Below are positions 48,949-59,071 of a stretch of 64,000 nt of DNA, in pieces. Both the position numbers and the translations under genes were made by a program. The notes beneath the pieces were generated by a model. That model worked only from the letters and a program-made list of their open reading frames with translations. It made no database searches and was not told the DNA's origin. Positions within the stretch are counted from its first letter, which is position 1, and every line of letters begins with the position of its first letter. The stretch is taken from sequence record DRR378314_251; one strand, given 5' to 3'.

Positions 48949-50445
48949 TTGAAAACCTTATTGCACTATATTCACGGCGGACTGACTTCGGCTCCCACCG
49001 CCGACTCGAAACCTGTCATGGATCCTGCGACCGGAACGCAGACCGCTTCGGTAGCGCTTGCGACGCAGAATGAAGTCGATGCGGCGGTCGCTTCCGCCAA
49101 GGCCGCTTTCCCGGGCTGGGCTGACACAACCCCGATCCGCCGCGCCCGCGTCATGTTCCGCTTCCGGGATCTCGTCGAAAAGCATCAGGAGGAGATTGCC
49201 GCGCTGATCACGTCAGAGCATGGCAAGGTTCACTCAGACGCTCTCGGCGAAGTCACGCGCGGACTTGAGGTGGTCGAATATGTGACCGGGATTCCGAACC
49301 TGCTAACCGGCCGCGCCTCCGAAGATGTCGGCACAGGTGTGGATAGCTATGGCCTGCGATATCCGCTCGGTGTTTGCGCCGGCATCACGCCTTTCAACTT
49401 CCCAGCCATGGTCCCGATGTGGATGTTTCCCGTCGCCATCGCCTGCGGCAACACCTTCGTCCTGAAACCAAGCGAGAAGACGCCGTCGGCGGCCCTGTTC
49501 CTGGCCGAGCTGCTATCTGAAGCAGGCCTGCCGGAAGGCGCCTTCAATGTCGTGAACGGCGACAAGGTCGCTGTCGACGCCCTGATTGACCATGCCGACG
49601 TGAAAGCCGTCAGCTTCGTCGGCTCGACCCCGGTGGCCGAGTACATCTATTCGCGCTCATCTGCCGCCGGCAAACGGGTTCAGGCCCTGGGCGGCGCAAA
49701 AAACCACATGGTCGTCATGCCGGACGCCGATATTGATGAAGCTGCCGACGCACTTATGGGCGCCGCCTACGGCTCGGCGGGCGAGCGCTGCATGGCGATT
49801 TCAGTCGCTGTGACAGTAGGCGACGAGGTCGCAGACAAACTACGCGCCGCTCTGCAAGTACGTATCGCAGACCTCAAGGTCGGACCAGGCAATGTCGCCT
49901 CGTCCGACATGGGACCGCTGATTTCAGCGGCGCATCTTGAGAAAGTCTCATCCTATGTCGGGATTGGCAGCGAAGAAGGTGCATCTCTCATTGTTGACGG
50001 CCGGTCCACATTCAGCGGTGACACTTCCGGCGGTTACTTCATTGGGCCCTCGCTCCTCGACAATGTCAGCGCTGAGATGCGTGTTCACAGCGAGGAGATT
50101 TTCGGCCCGGTCCTCAACATCGTTCGGAGTGATACGCTCGAAGACGCAATCGATCTCGTCAATGCGCACGAATTTGGCAACGGCGCCGTCATCTACACCG
50201 GCAGCGGAGAAGCCGCGCGGCAATTCACGCGCCAGATCTCCGCCGGCATGGTCGGCGTGAATGTGCCTATTCCCGTACCTGTGGCGTACCATTCCTTCGG
50301 CGGCTGGAAGCGCTCGCTGTTCGGAGACCACCACATGCACGGCCCGGAGGGCGTGAGATTCTTCACCCGGTTGAAAACGATCTCGACGCGTTGGCCGAAA
50401 AGCAAGCCGCAGAGCAATCAGTTCTCAATGCCAACACTCGACTGA
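48949..50445 (+). CDS. mmsA: CoA-acylating (methyl)malonate-semialdehyde dehydrogenase
   Basis: GITPFNFPAMVPMW, SFVGST, GGAKNH, AGERCMA, EEIFGP. TTG start behind GGGAG. Serves the IolA role. Confidence 0.93.
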   Translation: MKTLLHYIHGGLTSAPTADSKPVMDPATGTQTASVALATQNEVDAAVASAKAAFPGWADTTPIRRARVMFRFRDLVEKHQEEIAALITSEHGKVHSDALGEVTRGLEVVEYVTGIPNLLTGRASEDVGTGVDSYGLRYPLGVCAGITPFNFPAMVPMWMFPVAIACGNTFVLKPSEKTPSAALFLAELLSEAGLPEGAFNVVNGDKVAVDALIDHADVKAVSFVGSTPVAEYIYSRSSAAGKRVQALGGAKNHMVVMPDADIDEAADALMGAAYGSAGERCMAISVAVTVGDEVADKLRAALQVRIADLKVGPGNVASSDMGPLISAAHLEKVSSYVGIGSEEGASLIVDGRSTFSGDTSGGYFIGPSLLDNVSAEMRVHSEEIFGPVLNIVRSDTLEDAIDLVNAHEFGNGAVIYTGSGEAARQFTRQISAGMVGVNVPIPVPVAYHSFGGWKRSLFGDHHMHGPEGVRFFTRLKTISTRWPKSKPQSNQFSMPTLD

Positions 50446-50507
50446 CCGCGAGTGCCGCAGAGCCAAAGAATTGACAGAGTGTTTCGACTTCAGGAGTGTC
50501 TGAAAGC

Positions 50508-51539
50508 ATGGGCATTTATTCCTGCATTCGCAAAGGCACTTCATCGACCTTCAGGCTTTTCGGCCGACTGCTACCGGCCGCGATCCTGACTGCGGCGGCG
50601 CAGGCAAACGCCGACAGTCCTGAGACCTGCGCAAAAGATCTGGCGCCTGTCTGGATTGAGGGCGGCCAGTTTCTCATGGGCAGCAATCTAACATACCGCG
50701 AAGAAGCGAGCGCGACCGAAATGACCGTGTCCGGCTTCTGGATCGACCCTACGGAAGTGACCGTGGCGGACTTCGAAACATTTGTCACGTCAACGGGCTA
50801 CGTCACCGTCGCCGAACGCGGGCTTGATGACGATGAAGTAGACGAGGCCGTGCTTGAAGCCCATCCCGAGTATCGCGAGCTTATGGCACCCGGAGGTGCA
50901 GTATTTAAACCGGATCCTCGCAGCTCGCTACGCAACGCCAACTGGTGGGCGTTCGTGCCCGGGGCGAGCTGGCGACACCCGCACGGCCCAGACGAGGAAG
51001 CGGCCAAACCATCCCATCCCGTCACTCAGATTTCTTATCAAGACGCCGCCAAGTACGCCGCCTGGGCCGGCGGTCGACTGCCAAGCGAGGCTGAATGGGA
51101 GTTCGCAGCCCTCGGCGGCCGTTCCAATGCAGACTTCGGGACGGAATCACCGCCAAATGCCAATACGTGGCAAGGCATCTTCCCGGTGGTCAACACGGCA
51201 GACGACGGCTTCACCGACGTCGCACCGGTCGGGTGCTTTGCACCCAACCAGAACGGGCTTTACGACATGTTAGGCAACGTCTGGGAATGGACGGCCGATC
51301 CGTACTTGCGCGGCCAAGCCAGCGAACGGCGAAGTTCTGCTAATTTGTACGCGGACGACAGCGGCGACCAGACGACCGACGAGCCGATTTCCAGGGTTAT
51401 CAAAGGTGGCAGTTTTCTATGTGCTGAGAACTATTGTCGGCGCTATCGACCTGCCGCAAGACAGCCTCAAGAAACCGGACTCGGTACAAACCATATCGGG
51501 TTCAGAGTGGCGTACGATCACTCGCCTAGCGCAGAATGA
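50508..51539 (+). CDS. Formylglycine-generating enzyme (SUMF1/FGE family)
   Basis: HPVTQIS, RLPSEAEWE, LYDMLGNVWEW, KGGSFLCAENYCRRYRPAAR (Cys pair), GFR; N-terminal signal-like peptide. Confidence 0.9.
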   Translation: MGIYSCIRKGTSSTFRLFGRLLPAAILTAAAQANADSPETCAKDLAPVWIEGGQFLMGSNLTYREEASATEMTVSGFWIDPTEVTVADFETFVTSTGYVTVAERGLDDDEVDEAVLEAHPEYRELMAPGGAVFKPDPRSSLRNANWWAFVPGASWRHPHGPDEEAAKPSHPVTQISYQDAAKYAAWAGGRLPSEAEWEFAALGGRSNADFGTESPPNANTWQGIFPVVNTADDGFTDVAPVGCFAPNQNGLYDMLGNVWEWTADPYLRGQASERRSSANLYADDSGDQTTDEPISRVIKGGSFLCAENYCRRYRPAARQPQETGLGTNHIGFRVAYDHSPSAE

Positions 51540-52204
51540 CAGCCTGACCGTAGAACAGAAGTGTGATCTGCAATTGCAGCCGACCGTTCGCTATGATTGA
51601 GCGGCGGATCGTCACTCAGACGATCCAAACATCCCTGATCCGGAAAGATAATATGGTGTCAACTAGGCGCGCAGTATCAGCACCAGCGCTAGAACTGTGT
51701 CACTTATTGGCCAGCTGATAGAACTGCACTCAATCACAATGTGGCAATTTTTCACTGCACAGGGAGCGCACACGACGGCGCGCAAGTCTTTGGAGCAATA
51801 GACCTTTCACCCCCGTCCATCATGGGCGCTGTGGAAAACCGACGATTCTAATCGTTGTTTTTATTCAATATATTTTCTCGGATTTTGAACTTCAAACATC
51901 TTGTATGCAGGGTCGAATTTCCTAACACCCTGTTTTTACTTCGTATTCCTGCATGCCCGTCCCCAGGAATTGCACACGCGAGCCATAATCCTCCTTTTTT
52001 GAATACTTTTTCTGTCCAGTCACACTTAGGGCCGACTATAGTGACCTTTCTTCAGTTCCGTGGATGAGCGGCTCGTATCCTTTAATAGGCCTCATCGCTA
52101 TTTAAAGGATAGCCCGTCGACTCGAGTAGCGAACAGTATCGAGCGTTATGATTGCCGAAGCTAAGTTGACTTATTCGACCGGAAACACTCTAGAGGCTGC
52201 GCCT

Positions 52205-53542
52205 ATGGCTAAAGACCGCCCGCTTCAAGACGAACTCGACAAGAGCCATGAGGCGCTGCCGGCTATGCTCCTGCAGGCCATGGTGAAGGAGAAACTGAAA
52301 GCGTCTGGTGTCAAGCTGCGCAAGACGGCGCTAAAGCGACTTGTCGAACAAATGCTCGCCGGTGACCTCGACACGATTGAAATCGATAACGATGACTTGA
52401 AAGCGTCCAACAAAGGCGACGAGCTTCCCACCCTGTCTTTCGGTAAGGACGATATGGAAGAGCTTGAGCGGCGCACTCAGCGGTTCCTCGACCAAATGCC
52501 GGACATGATAGAACGCCTCGCCAAACAGAACGCCAAGAGCATGGTCCAACTAAGCCGGAAACAGTGGCATGAAGATTATGGCCTGCGCCAAGCAGAGAGG
52601 GTGGCCTTCTCCGAACGTCTCCGGTTCCGCTGGCGCAAGGGGCTTGTTCCCCTCAACTTGCTCGTGGAGATCGCGAGAGAATACGCGGAAAAGCGGTGGG
52701 GAGAAGAGCATGACGCCAACAATGACGAAGGTCTACCCCCTAGGCTAGATGCGCTATTCGGGCTGCAACGGCGCGGATGCCAGGTCAGCGCCGAAATCGT
52801 CACGCTCCTTGAAGCAGGATTCGCAGACGGGGCGATGGCGCGATGGCGCACACTCTTCGAAATAGTGGTCATCGCGGAGATTCTCCACGGCGCCGACGAC
52901 GCCACTGCAGAACGGTACATGGACCACAGCGATGTCGATGCCAAGCGCGCCGCCGACCGTTACATGGAAACAAGCCCGCATGCCACCTTGAACCCTATTC
53001 CTGTGAAGGAAATGGCTGAGCTCGCCGCGCGCATGGAGGCGCTAGAGAAGAAATACGGCAAAGAATTCAAAGCGCCTTATGGCTGGGCCGCCGAGCTGGC
53101 CGGCCAAACAAACCCGAATTTCATGACACTAGTTGAACGCGCTGAAAGGACGTCGAACACGTCCGTCTACAAGATGGCGAGCTTCAATGTCCATGCGAAT
53201 GCACGGTCGCTGTTCTTTCGCCATACCAATATGGTCACCCATTCTGGCGTTATCGCCGGGGCCAGCAATGCAGGCCTAGAGGATCCGGGCGCCAACACTG
53301 CTTATGCAATCGGACAGCTGACGGCGCTGCTCATGCCGGAGCCACTGGATGCGATTGACGATCTCGTGATGCTGCACACGATCATCAGACTGAGAGAAGC
53401 GGCGGAGAAGGGCTTCTATAAAGCGGCGGACAAGCTTCATGCAGAAGACGTCGAACAGGCCGCCTTAATGCAACACGACTTCTCAGATATCGCCGTCGTT
53501 GACATTGAGGATTTTCCGACGACTGACAAAATCGACGATTGA
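52205..53542 (+). CDS. DUF5677-like hypothetical protein
   Basis: EIVTLLEAGFADGAMARWRTLFE, YGWAA, YKMASFNVHAN. Family recognised from memory; the start could be 52148. Confidence 0.65.
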   Translation: MAKDRPLQDELDKSHEALPAMLLQAMVKEKLKASGVKLRKTALKRLVEQMLAGDLDTIEIDNDDLKASNKGDELPTLSFGKDDMEELERRTQRFLDQMPDMIERLAKQNAKSMVQLSRKQWHEDYGLRQAERVAFSERLRFRWRKGLVPLNLLVEIAREYAEKRWGEEHDANNDEGLPPRLDALFGLQRRGCQVSAEIVTLLEAGFADGAMARWRTLFEIVVIAEILHGADDATAERYMDHSDVDAKRAADRYMETSPHATLNPIPVKEMAELAARMEALEKKYGKEFKAPYGWAAELAGQTNPNFMTLVERAERTSNTSVYKMASFNVHANARSLFFRHTNMVTHSGVIAGASNAGLEDPGANTAYAIGQLTALLMPEPLDAIDDLVMLHTIIRLREAAEKGFYKAADKLHAEDVEQAALMQHDFSDIAVVDIEDFPTTDKIDD

Positions 53543-53667
53543 ACCAGCCAAGCCCGGCATTGAAACACCCGGACTCGTCGACGCCAACGACGTCACAGCA
53601 AGCTGGCTTTCGATCACATATCCCTGATGGGCCGGATCGTTGCTGCGCACTGTCGGCACCATCTTCC

Positions 53668-56600
53668 TCAATTTGCCTCCGTCATGGAATCGAGAGCGCG
53701 GATAGTCGGCACGGCGTGACTGGCCCACTCTCCCCGCGAACTCGCCTTCCGAAGGCGGTCGAGATCTGTGCGATCACCGTACTTTTCGATAATCTGGAAG
53801 GCCAGCCTGTCTCTAGAGCCGCTGAGCGGTCTTTCTCCGCGATAACCGACGGCAGGCTGGCCTGCATCGACAAACTGCCGACTGAGTCTAAGACACTCTT
53901 TCGGATAACGCTCTATGATGTCTACCGGACCGAGTAACTTCTCCTGAGGCGCTGGCGACCAATAATTCAGCGCTCCCTGAACATCGAATAAGCAGCCCAA
54001 AACAAGATGCATGGGCTGTGCAGCAAGTTCGCCCCAGATACCTTCTGCCGCAGTATCGGAAGCCTCGGAGCCTATGTGATGAACCAATTTGCGGAGAACC
54101 TCGAGTGTGCGGGCTCCCTCACTAGCAGGTTCGACAACGGGCAGCTGCGCTCCGTGACGGCCGAATACTCGGCAAGCCGTGCAGAACGCCGACATGACGT
54201 CGTCGGGAACGAACGCCTTTGGATCGGGAAACAGTGTGAATGGGCGTAGAAGCTCAACATCCGCCGGATCATCAAATTCCGCGACTTCTTGGACGATCCA
54301 ATTCAGGCTGAGCGTGTTCTTCAGGCCTTCCGACCTTATCGCCCATCGCAGCATTCGTCGATGTTGATCGTCGGTGAGATCGTTCCACTCTTCGCAATAC
54401 GCAGTTGAGTACGGATGGTCAAATTGACCGACATAGAGGGATAAAGCCAATTCGGCGCGATCCTCCGAAGAAAGATCGCCGCTTTCAAAAACCGCCTTGA
54501 TGTTGTCCCGGACGGCTTGCCTATGTTCTTGTGCGTCATCATCAAGGCAACCCATCATTCTGAGAATGTCGATAGCTTGCGTGCTAATGGCCCAGTTTTG
54601 TGTGTTCTCCAGAATGTCCCGAACCGCTGACATCAAACGGTCGCGGCTGTTCGAGCCGATGTCCCCCAAACCAAGACAAGCATCCAGACTTGCCAGTTTC
54701 AGGTGATACGGCTCGTAGTGAAAACGCTGTTCCAGAAACTCCGACAACTGATCGGAGAAATCCTCACTGTCCCAGAAATCTTCGGCACGGCGTTTTGATT
54801 CCAGGTAGAAGTAAACCTCGCTTGAGGTGGGCGAGAGAAGCGAAGTTGGCGGCAGACCGCTTACATTTCGGCCCTTTTCGAAAGTTGACTGTAAGGTCGA
54901 TGCGATAGTGGTGAAGCCGATCGCTCCGCCGCCAAACCCATAGCCATGGAGTAGTGCAAAGCTCTGGCTCTTGATTGGTGAATTGTAGCTTCGGGCCAAA
55001 TCGGACAGGCGCTGGCGTTCTTCGACGAGGCGGGCGTCAGCAGCGCGGCAGAGTTTGAGATAAGTGGAAACGGCGTGCCCACGCAGCGTCAGGAGCCCCA
55101 AGGCTCGCAAGCGGGCGATTTCCTCTTGAGGCCGGATAAAAACCGTGGCCGGATCCCATTCAATAAACTTTGCACCTACCTCGCCGGCATATTGCAGGCG
55201 CGCGGTCGCAATCTCCTTAAGCACCGAGGTTTCGGTTTCCGCCAGCAAGACATCCGCCGCAGCTTGGGCGACCGCGCCAAGACCGCCGCTGGCTGCCCGA
55301 GCGATCAAGTCGCCATCCGTCAGCGTTCTCATGACCGCAACGCAAGCGTCCACTGATTCCAATGCGCCAAGCGCGTCCTGGGCGAGGTAATTGTGAGAAG
55401 GGCCTGAAAGGACGGGCCCCATCGCAGCAGGATCTTCAGTTGCCTTTTGTGCGAGCCGAAAAGCCGCACACCCGCTTTGAAGAATCTCGTGCCGGAAGGA
55501 TACACGCCCGCTGCGCCGCACCAGCACGCTGTTGTCGAAGAGCGCGTCCACAGTCGAAATGGAAATGCCGGCCTCACTCAACAGGTCGTCGAGTTCGATT
55601 TCGCTTATTGAAAACGCAACACGCTCCGCGAGTTCGAAAGCAAGGCACCGACACGCTCGGCTCCCTTCCCGCGCGAAACCGCCTAGGCGTGCGCGAATGA
55701 ACTGATCAACTAGTTGGGACCGAGTGTCGAGGCCCTCTTTCAAGGCTCCGAGTTCGCCGATGATGAACGCTTCCATGCCGCTCTCGACGGCATCTAGCAT
55801 GTCCATAGCGCCGCTATTCAGTTGATTGCCAGACGCTTTCGCAATCCTATGTTTCAGCGCCTGACTTGGCGGCACGATGTGGATCGAAGCGAGCGCCTGC
55901 AGCGAAGCCGGAGGCGCGCGCTGACAGGTCACAAGAATACGAAACCCGAATTTGCGCGCCATAGCGTTCAAGCCTCTGAGCGCCCGATCTCGCCGCGCGC
56001 TTTCCAGTTCATTGAGGCCGTCGAGGATCACATAAGCGGGAGCGGAAACCGCGCGCATCGCCGCCAGCACGTCTTGCGTCGGATCGTCCGTGAGCAGCGC
56101 CATTTCTCGCACGAGGCATGCCCGCCAGTCGCCGGTGAAGTCTTTTGCCGGGATCAAGAGGCAAGGCGATCCCTGCTCGGTCAGCTCGCAAGCGATCCAC
56201 TTCGCCAGAAGCGTCTTGCCGCACCCTGACGGACCATGAATCACCGCGCCATGAGGCGTGAGCATATCTTGCTGAATGGTAGCGGCCTGATCTTCGGCTT
56301 CTGGCAGCCAGGCGCGCCCCTGCTCGCCGTATTCATCCATAAAGGCCGACATGTATCGTGCGAGTATTTCACGCCGCTTTTCGTCTTCGGGGCCAGCTAG
56401 TATGTCGGCGAGACCGACGCGTTCAAGCGACAACCGCTCTGCAAACGCAGTCCAGTCGTCCAGCGACCAGGCAAGGCTCCCCTGTTCGCTAAACCAGAGC
56501 TCGACTAGATCGTTCCGGTTGACCCTGACCTTGAAGTCGCCTTTGGTGAGCTGTGATCCCTCCGGAACGCCGAATGGGAAGACGACAAAGGCTGAAGGAT

Positions 56601-57021
56601 AATAGCCATCCAAAGACTTGAATCGGCTCATTTCGTCCCGGAGCCTGTTCTTGGCGTCCAAGGCCTGATTATAGCCATTGGTATAGACTGCCCAGTTTCC
56701 ATCAGGCTTTTGTCTTTCCCATGCACCATTAATCTCGCCCTTCACAGGCGCTGTGGACGCCTTGATCTCAAAGAGCGCAATTCCGGACTCCATCGCAACG
56801 ACGCAATCGATTTGCCGCCCGACACATTGAAAATTCGCCAGCAGCATTGCCGGCTGTCGGGAAAGCTTCAGAGTTTCGACGATCTTTGCGAGGAAAGCGC
56901 GTTCGGTCGGATTCTCGATCCTATCTCCGACAAATACTTGTATTTGATTGCTCGCCTTCATAATCAATTTGTATGTCGGTTCACGTTTCGTTTCAATCAA
57001 CGAAATGCGCGCGACATTCAT
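53668..57021 (-). CDS. NERD nuclease-domain + STAND NTPase fusion
   Basis: ENPTERAFL...ANFQCVGRQIDCVV...LFEIK (NERD), Walker A GPSGCGKT, Walker B VILDGLNE, FRHEIL winged-helix motif, long helical tail. Confidence 0.8.
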   Translation of the reverse strand: MNVARISLIETKREPTYKLIMKASNQIQVFVGDRIENPTERAFLAKIVETLKLSRQPAMLLANFQCVGRQIDCVVAMESGIALFEIKASTAPVKGEINGAWERQKPDGNWAVYTNGYNQALDAKNRLRDEMSRFKSLDGYYPSAFVVFPFGVPEGSQLTKGDFKVRVNRNDLVELWFSEQGSLAWSLDDWTAFAERLSLERVGLADILAGPEDEKRREILARYMSAFMDEYGEQGRAWLPEAEDQAATIQQDMLTPHGAVIHGPSGCGKTLLAKWIACELTEQGSPCLLIPAKDFTGDWRACLVREMALLTDDPTQDVLAAMRAVSAPAYVILDGLNELESARRDRALRGLNAMARKFGFRILVTCQRAPPASLQALASIHIVPPSQALKHRIAKASGNQLNSGAMDMLDAVESGMEAFIIGELGALKEGLDTRSQLVDQFIRARLGGFAREGSRACRCLAFELAERVAFSISEIELDDLLSEAGISISTVDALFDNSVLVRRSGRVSFRHEILQSGCAAFRLAQKATEDPAAMGPVLSGPSHNYLAQDALGALESVDACVAVMRTLTDGDLIARAASGGLGAVAQAAADVLLAETETSVLKEIATARLQYAGEVGAKFIEWDPATVFIRPQEEIARLRALGLLTLRGHAVSTYLKLCRAADARLVEERQRLSDLARSYNSPIKSQSFALLHGYGFGGGAIGFTTIASTLQSTFEKGRNVSGLPPTSLLSPTSSEVYFYLESKRRAEDFWDSEDFSDQLSEFLEQRFHYEPYHLKLASLDACLGLGDIGSNSRDRLMSAVRDILENTQNWAISTQAIDILRMMGCLDDDAQEHRQAVRDNIKAVFESGDLSSEDRAELALSLYVGQFDHPYSTAYCEEWNDLTDDQHRRMLRWAIRSEGLKNTLSLNWIVQEVAEFDDPADVELLRPFTLFPDPKAFVPDDVMSAFCTACRVFGRHGAQLPVVEPASEGARTLEVLRKLVHHIGSEASDTAAEGIWGELAAQPMHLVLGCLFDVQGALNYWSPAPQEKLLGPVDIIERYPKECLRLSRQFVDAGQPAVGYRGERPLSGSRDRLAFQIIEKYGDRTDLDRLRKASSRGEWASHAVPTIRALDSMTEAN

Positions 57022-57932
57022 TGCAAGAGCGCGGCGAGCCGGTCTCCGTGCTCACGGTGTTTGTCCGGATCGTTCGCTTTCAAACGCTCGATGTTGTGCA
57101 GTTTCCACCGTACCGCCGGAAGGTCGGCAGCGTCGGGTAAGCCGATCAAACCGAAGTCTGCGTTGCCTTCGTGCAGCGAGCGGAGGTAGGCAGCAGTCTT
57201 TCCCGTCAGGCGTTGGCGGATGTCGTCAATCAAACGTTCTCTCGTTTCCAGAAGCGTCTCCATCGCAACTGGCTCGTGCGTCATGCCGACGAACTCATTC
57301 TGATAAATCGGCTCGATGTCAGGCAGGCTAGGATCGAGGAGTTCATGCGGCGGTCGGCCGGAACATGCGAGATACACAAGAAAGGCCGCGAACAGCGAAT
57401 CGGTCAGGCCTTCATTTTCATAGAGCAGACGTACGTCATAGAGATCGCGCGGATGCTGCCGGTCCAGCGCGGCATGGAGCTTACCGCCGAACAGATCTTC
57501 GAAAGACACGATCCGGGCCTCGACGAAGCCGAACGCCTCTTCAACGGATAGCGAGACGCGCATGACTTTCGGATCAAAGACAACGCCGCGCATTACCGGT
57601 GAGGTCTCAATCTTTACGGTCGCAGCGCCAGCGCGCGCTAGAATACGCGTTGCACCACCTCCGCCGCCAGCGATAGCCCTCGCCTGAACGCCTTGGATCC
57701 GAACTGCACCATCTACTAGACGGTCCATGGCGACCCGAATTTCATCAAGGCTTTCGTCACGCGGTTTGACGGGCAGGTATGTCAGGTCGATATCAACCGA
57801 TAAGCGCGGCAGGTCGCGGTGGAAAAGATTGATCGCTGTGCCGCCCTTGAGCGCGAAATCGGGTTCCTCGGCCAAGAGCGGCAACAGGCGTACGAGAAGG
57901 CGCACTTGGTCTTCATATTTTTCACGGGCCAT
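57018..57932 (-). CDS. abiEii: AbiEii/AbiGii-family nucleotidyltransferase toxin
   Basis: FALKGGTAINLFHRDLPRLSVDIDL, GKLHAALDRQHPRDLYD. Confidence 0.92.
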   Translation of the reverse strand: MAREKYEDQVRLLVRLLPLLAEEPDFALKGGTAINLFHRDLPRLSVDIDLTYLPVKPRDESLDEIRVAMDRLVDGAVRIQGVQARAIAGGGGGATRILARAGAATVKIETSPVMRGVVFDPKVMRVSLSVEEAFGFVEARIVSFEDLFGGKLHAALDRQHPRDLYDVRLLYENEGLTDSLFAAFLVYLACSGRPPHELLDPSLPDIEPIYQNEFVGMTHEPVAMETLLETRERLIDDIRQRLTGKTAAYLRSLHEGNADFGLIGLPDAADLPAVRWKLHNIERLKANDPDKHREHGDRLAALLQ

Positions 57933-58770
57933 CGTCGCTCACGCCTTCAGCGGGTTCGATGAATTCGGCTGGCAAGGAGATATGATAGGCGGGATGGTAC
58001 TTACCGCCTTTGACAAGCTCGCGAGAGCCGGAGCCGAGATCAAAATCTTCAGCCACAAGATATTTGCGCCAGGCATGCGCGTGGCGATCAGCGAAAACGA
58101 AGAACAACCGCTTAACCTTGACGCTGGTGCAAGCGCTCAGAAGCGACTGCAGTCGGGCAGGCCTTAACTGAGTCAGAGACTCGAATGCCACATCTAGCTT
58201 GTGAAACGTCACGGTCCCGGGCACCTCTGCGAGCGCTTCTAGTATGGCACGCTCGGGGTGTGATATACGCATGGCTAAGTCCGATGGCGTGAATGCAGAT
58301 TTTGTGTCACCTGCAAACGCCGACGGCATATCGTCGACACCTATTTCAGGTTCGGAGAACAGTTTCAGGCTTCGAGTCAAGATCGACACGTTTGACGGGA
58401 CGCGCTTCAACCATGTCGGAATATCATCGCCATAGAGATAGATGATGGAAGGTCCGCCCACCGGAAGATAATGGTCGTATCCCTCAAGGGAGAGGGCCGT
58501 CATGCCGCCAAGGTGGACGTTATAGCCCATGAAGATCATGGACAGCGTGATGGTTCGCCAGTCCGTGACTTCATTACCGGCGTGACCGCCCGATCCGTAA
58601 GGACGCCGATACAGCCCGCGCGCTACCTGCTCCAACCATCCGTGTTTGACGTATTTGTGCGCCAGCCGGTAGTCGATATCGTACCGGGAGAGCGTCTTGG
58701 TATCGAGCAGATAGCCATGGGGCAGCTCATTCAGCAAATCTCTTAGTTTTTCCGATTTTTGACGCCTCAT
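57922..58770 (-). CDS. abiEi: AbiEi-family type IV antitoxin
   Basis: KYVKHGWLEQVARGLYRRP, SHPERAILEAL, LRPARLQSLLSACTSVKVKRLF; overlaps the toxin start. Confidence 0.9.
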   Translation of the reverse strand: MRRQKSEKLRDLLNELPHGYLLDTKTLSRYDIDYRLAHKYVKHGWLEQVARGLYRRPYGSGGHAGNEVTDWRTITLSMIFMGYNVHLGGMTALSLEGYDHYLPVGGPSIIYLYGDDIPTWLKRVPSNVSILTRSLKLFSEPEIGVDDMPSAFAGDTKSAFTPSDLAMRISHPERAILEALAEVPGTVTFHKLDVAFESLTQLRPARLQSLLSACTSVKVKRLFFVFADRHAHAWRKYLVAEDFDLGSGSRELVKGGKYHPAYHISLPAEFIEPAEGVSDDGP

Positions 58771-58776
58771 GGGCGA

Positions 58777-58872
58777 TGAAATACAGATATTTCAATATTT
58801 TTGCAAGAGAATTCTTGAATCTTCACGAATTCATCATCCTATGCGCGATGAATTTTGGGTTGTTCAAGATTC
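58777..58872. promoter_or_regulatory. Cluster of inverted repeats upstream of abiEi
   Basis: TGAAATA-N4-TATTTCA (58777-58794), CAAGA-N4-TCTTG (58804-58817), AATTCATC-N11-GATGAATT (58828-58854). Confidence 0.5.
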
Positions 58873-59071
58873 CAGGAAGAGCGGTTAGAAGTAATTGCGC
58901 GTGTCGTTGAACCCAGTGAATCAGTATCCTATACTCGACGTAGGACCGAAGCACCTAACCTGTCACCGAGTTAAAATGCTTCAATAAAGACCCTCCACTT
59001 ACAGCGAAGCCTTTTTTGCGCGCTGCGAATTAAACGGTGATTGGCAGCGCAGAGCAAACAAGGATTCTGCT

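Noticed and set aside
51540-52147. AT-rich gap with short ORFs and a GGCGCTGT resembling an IS6 end
   Set aside because: The match is too short and the ORFs have no recognisable product.
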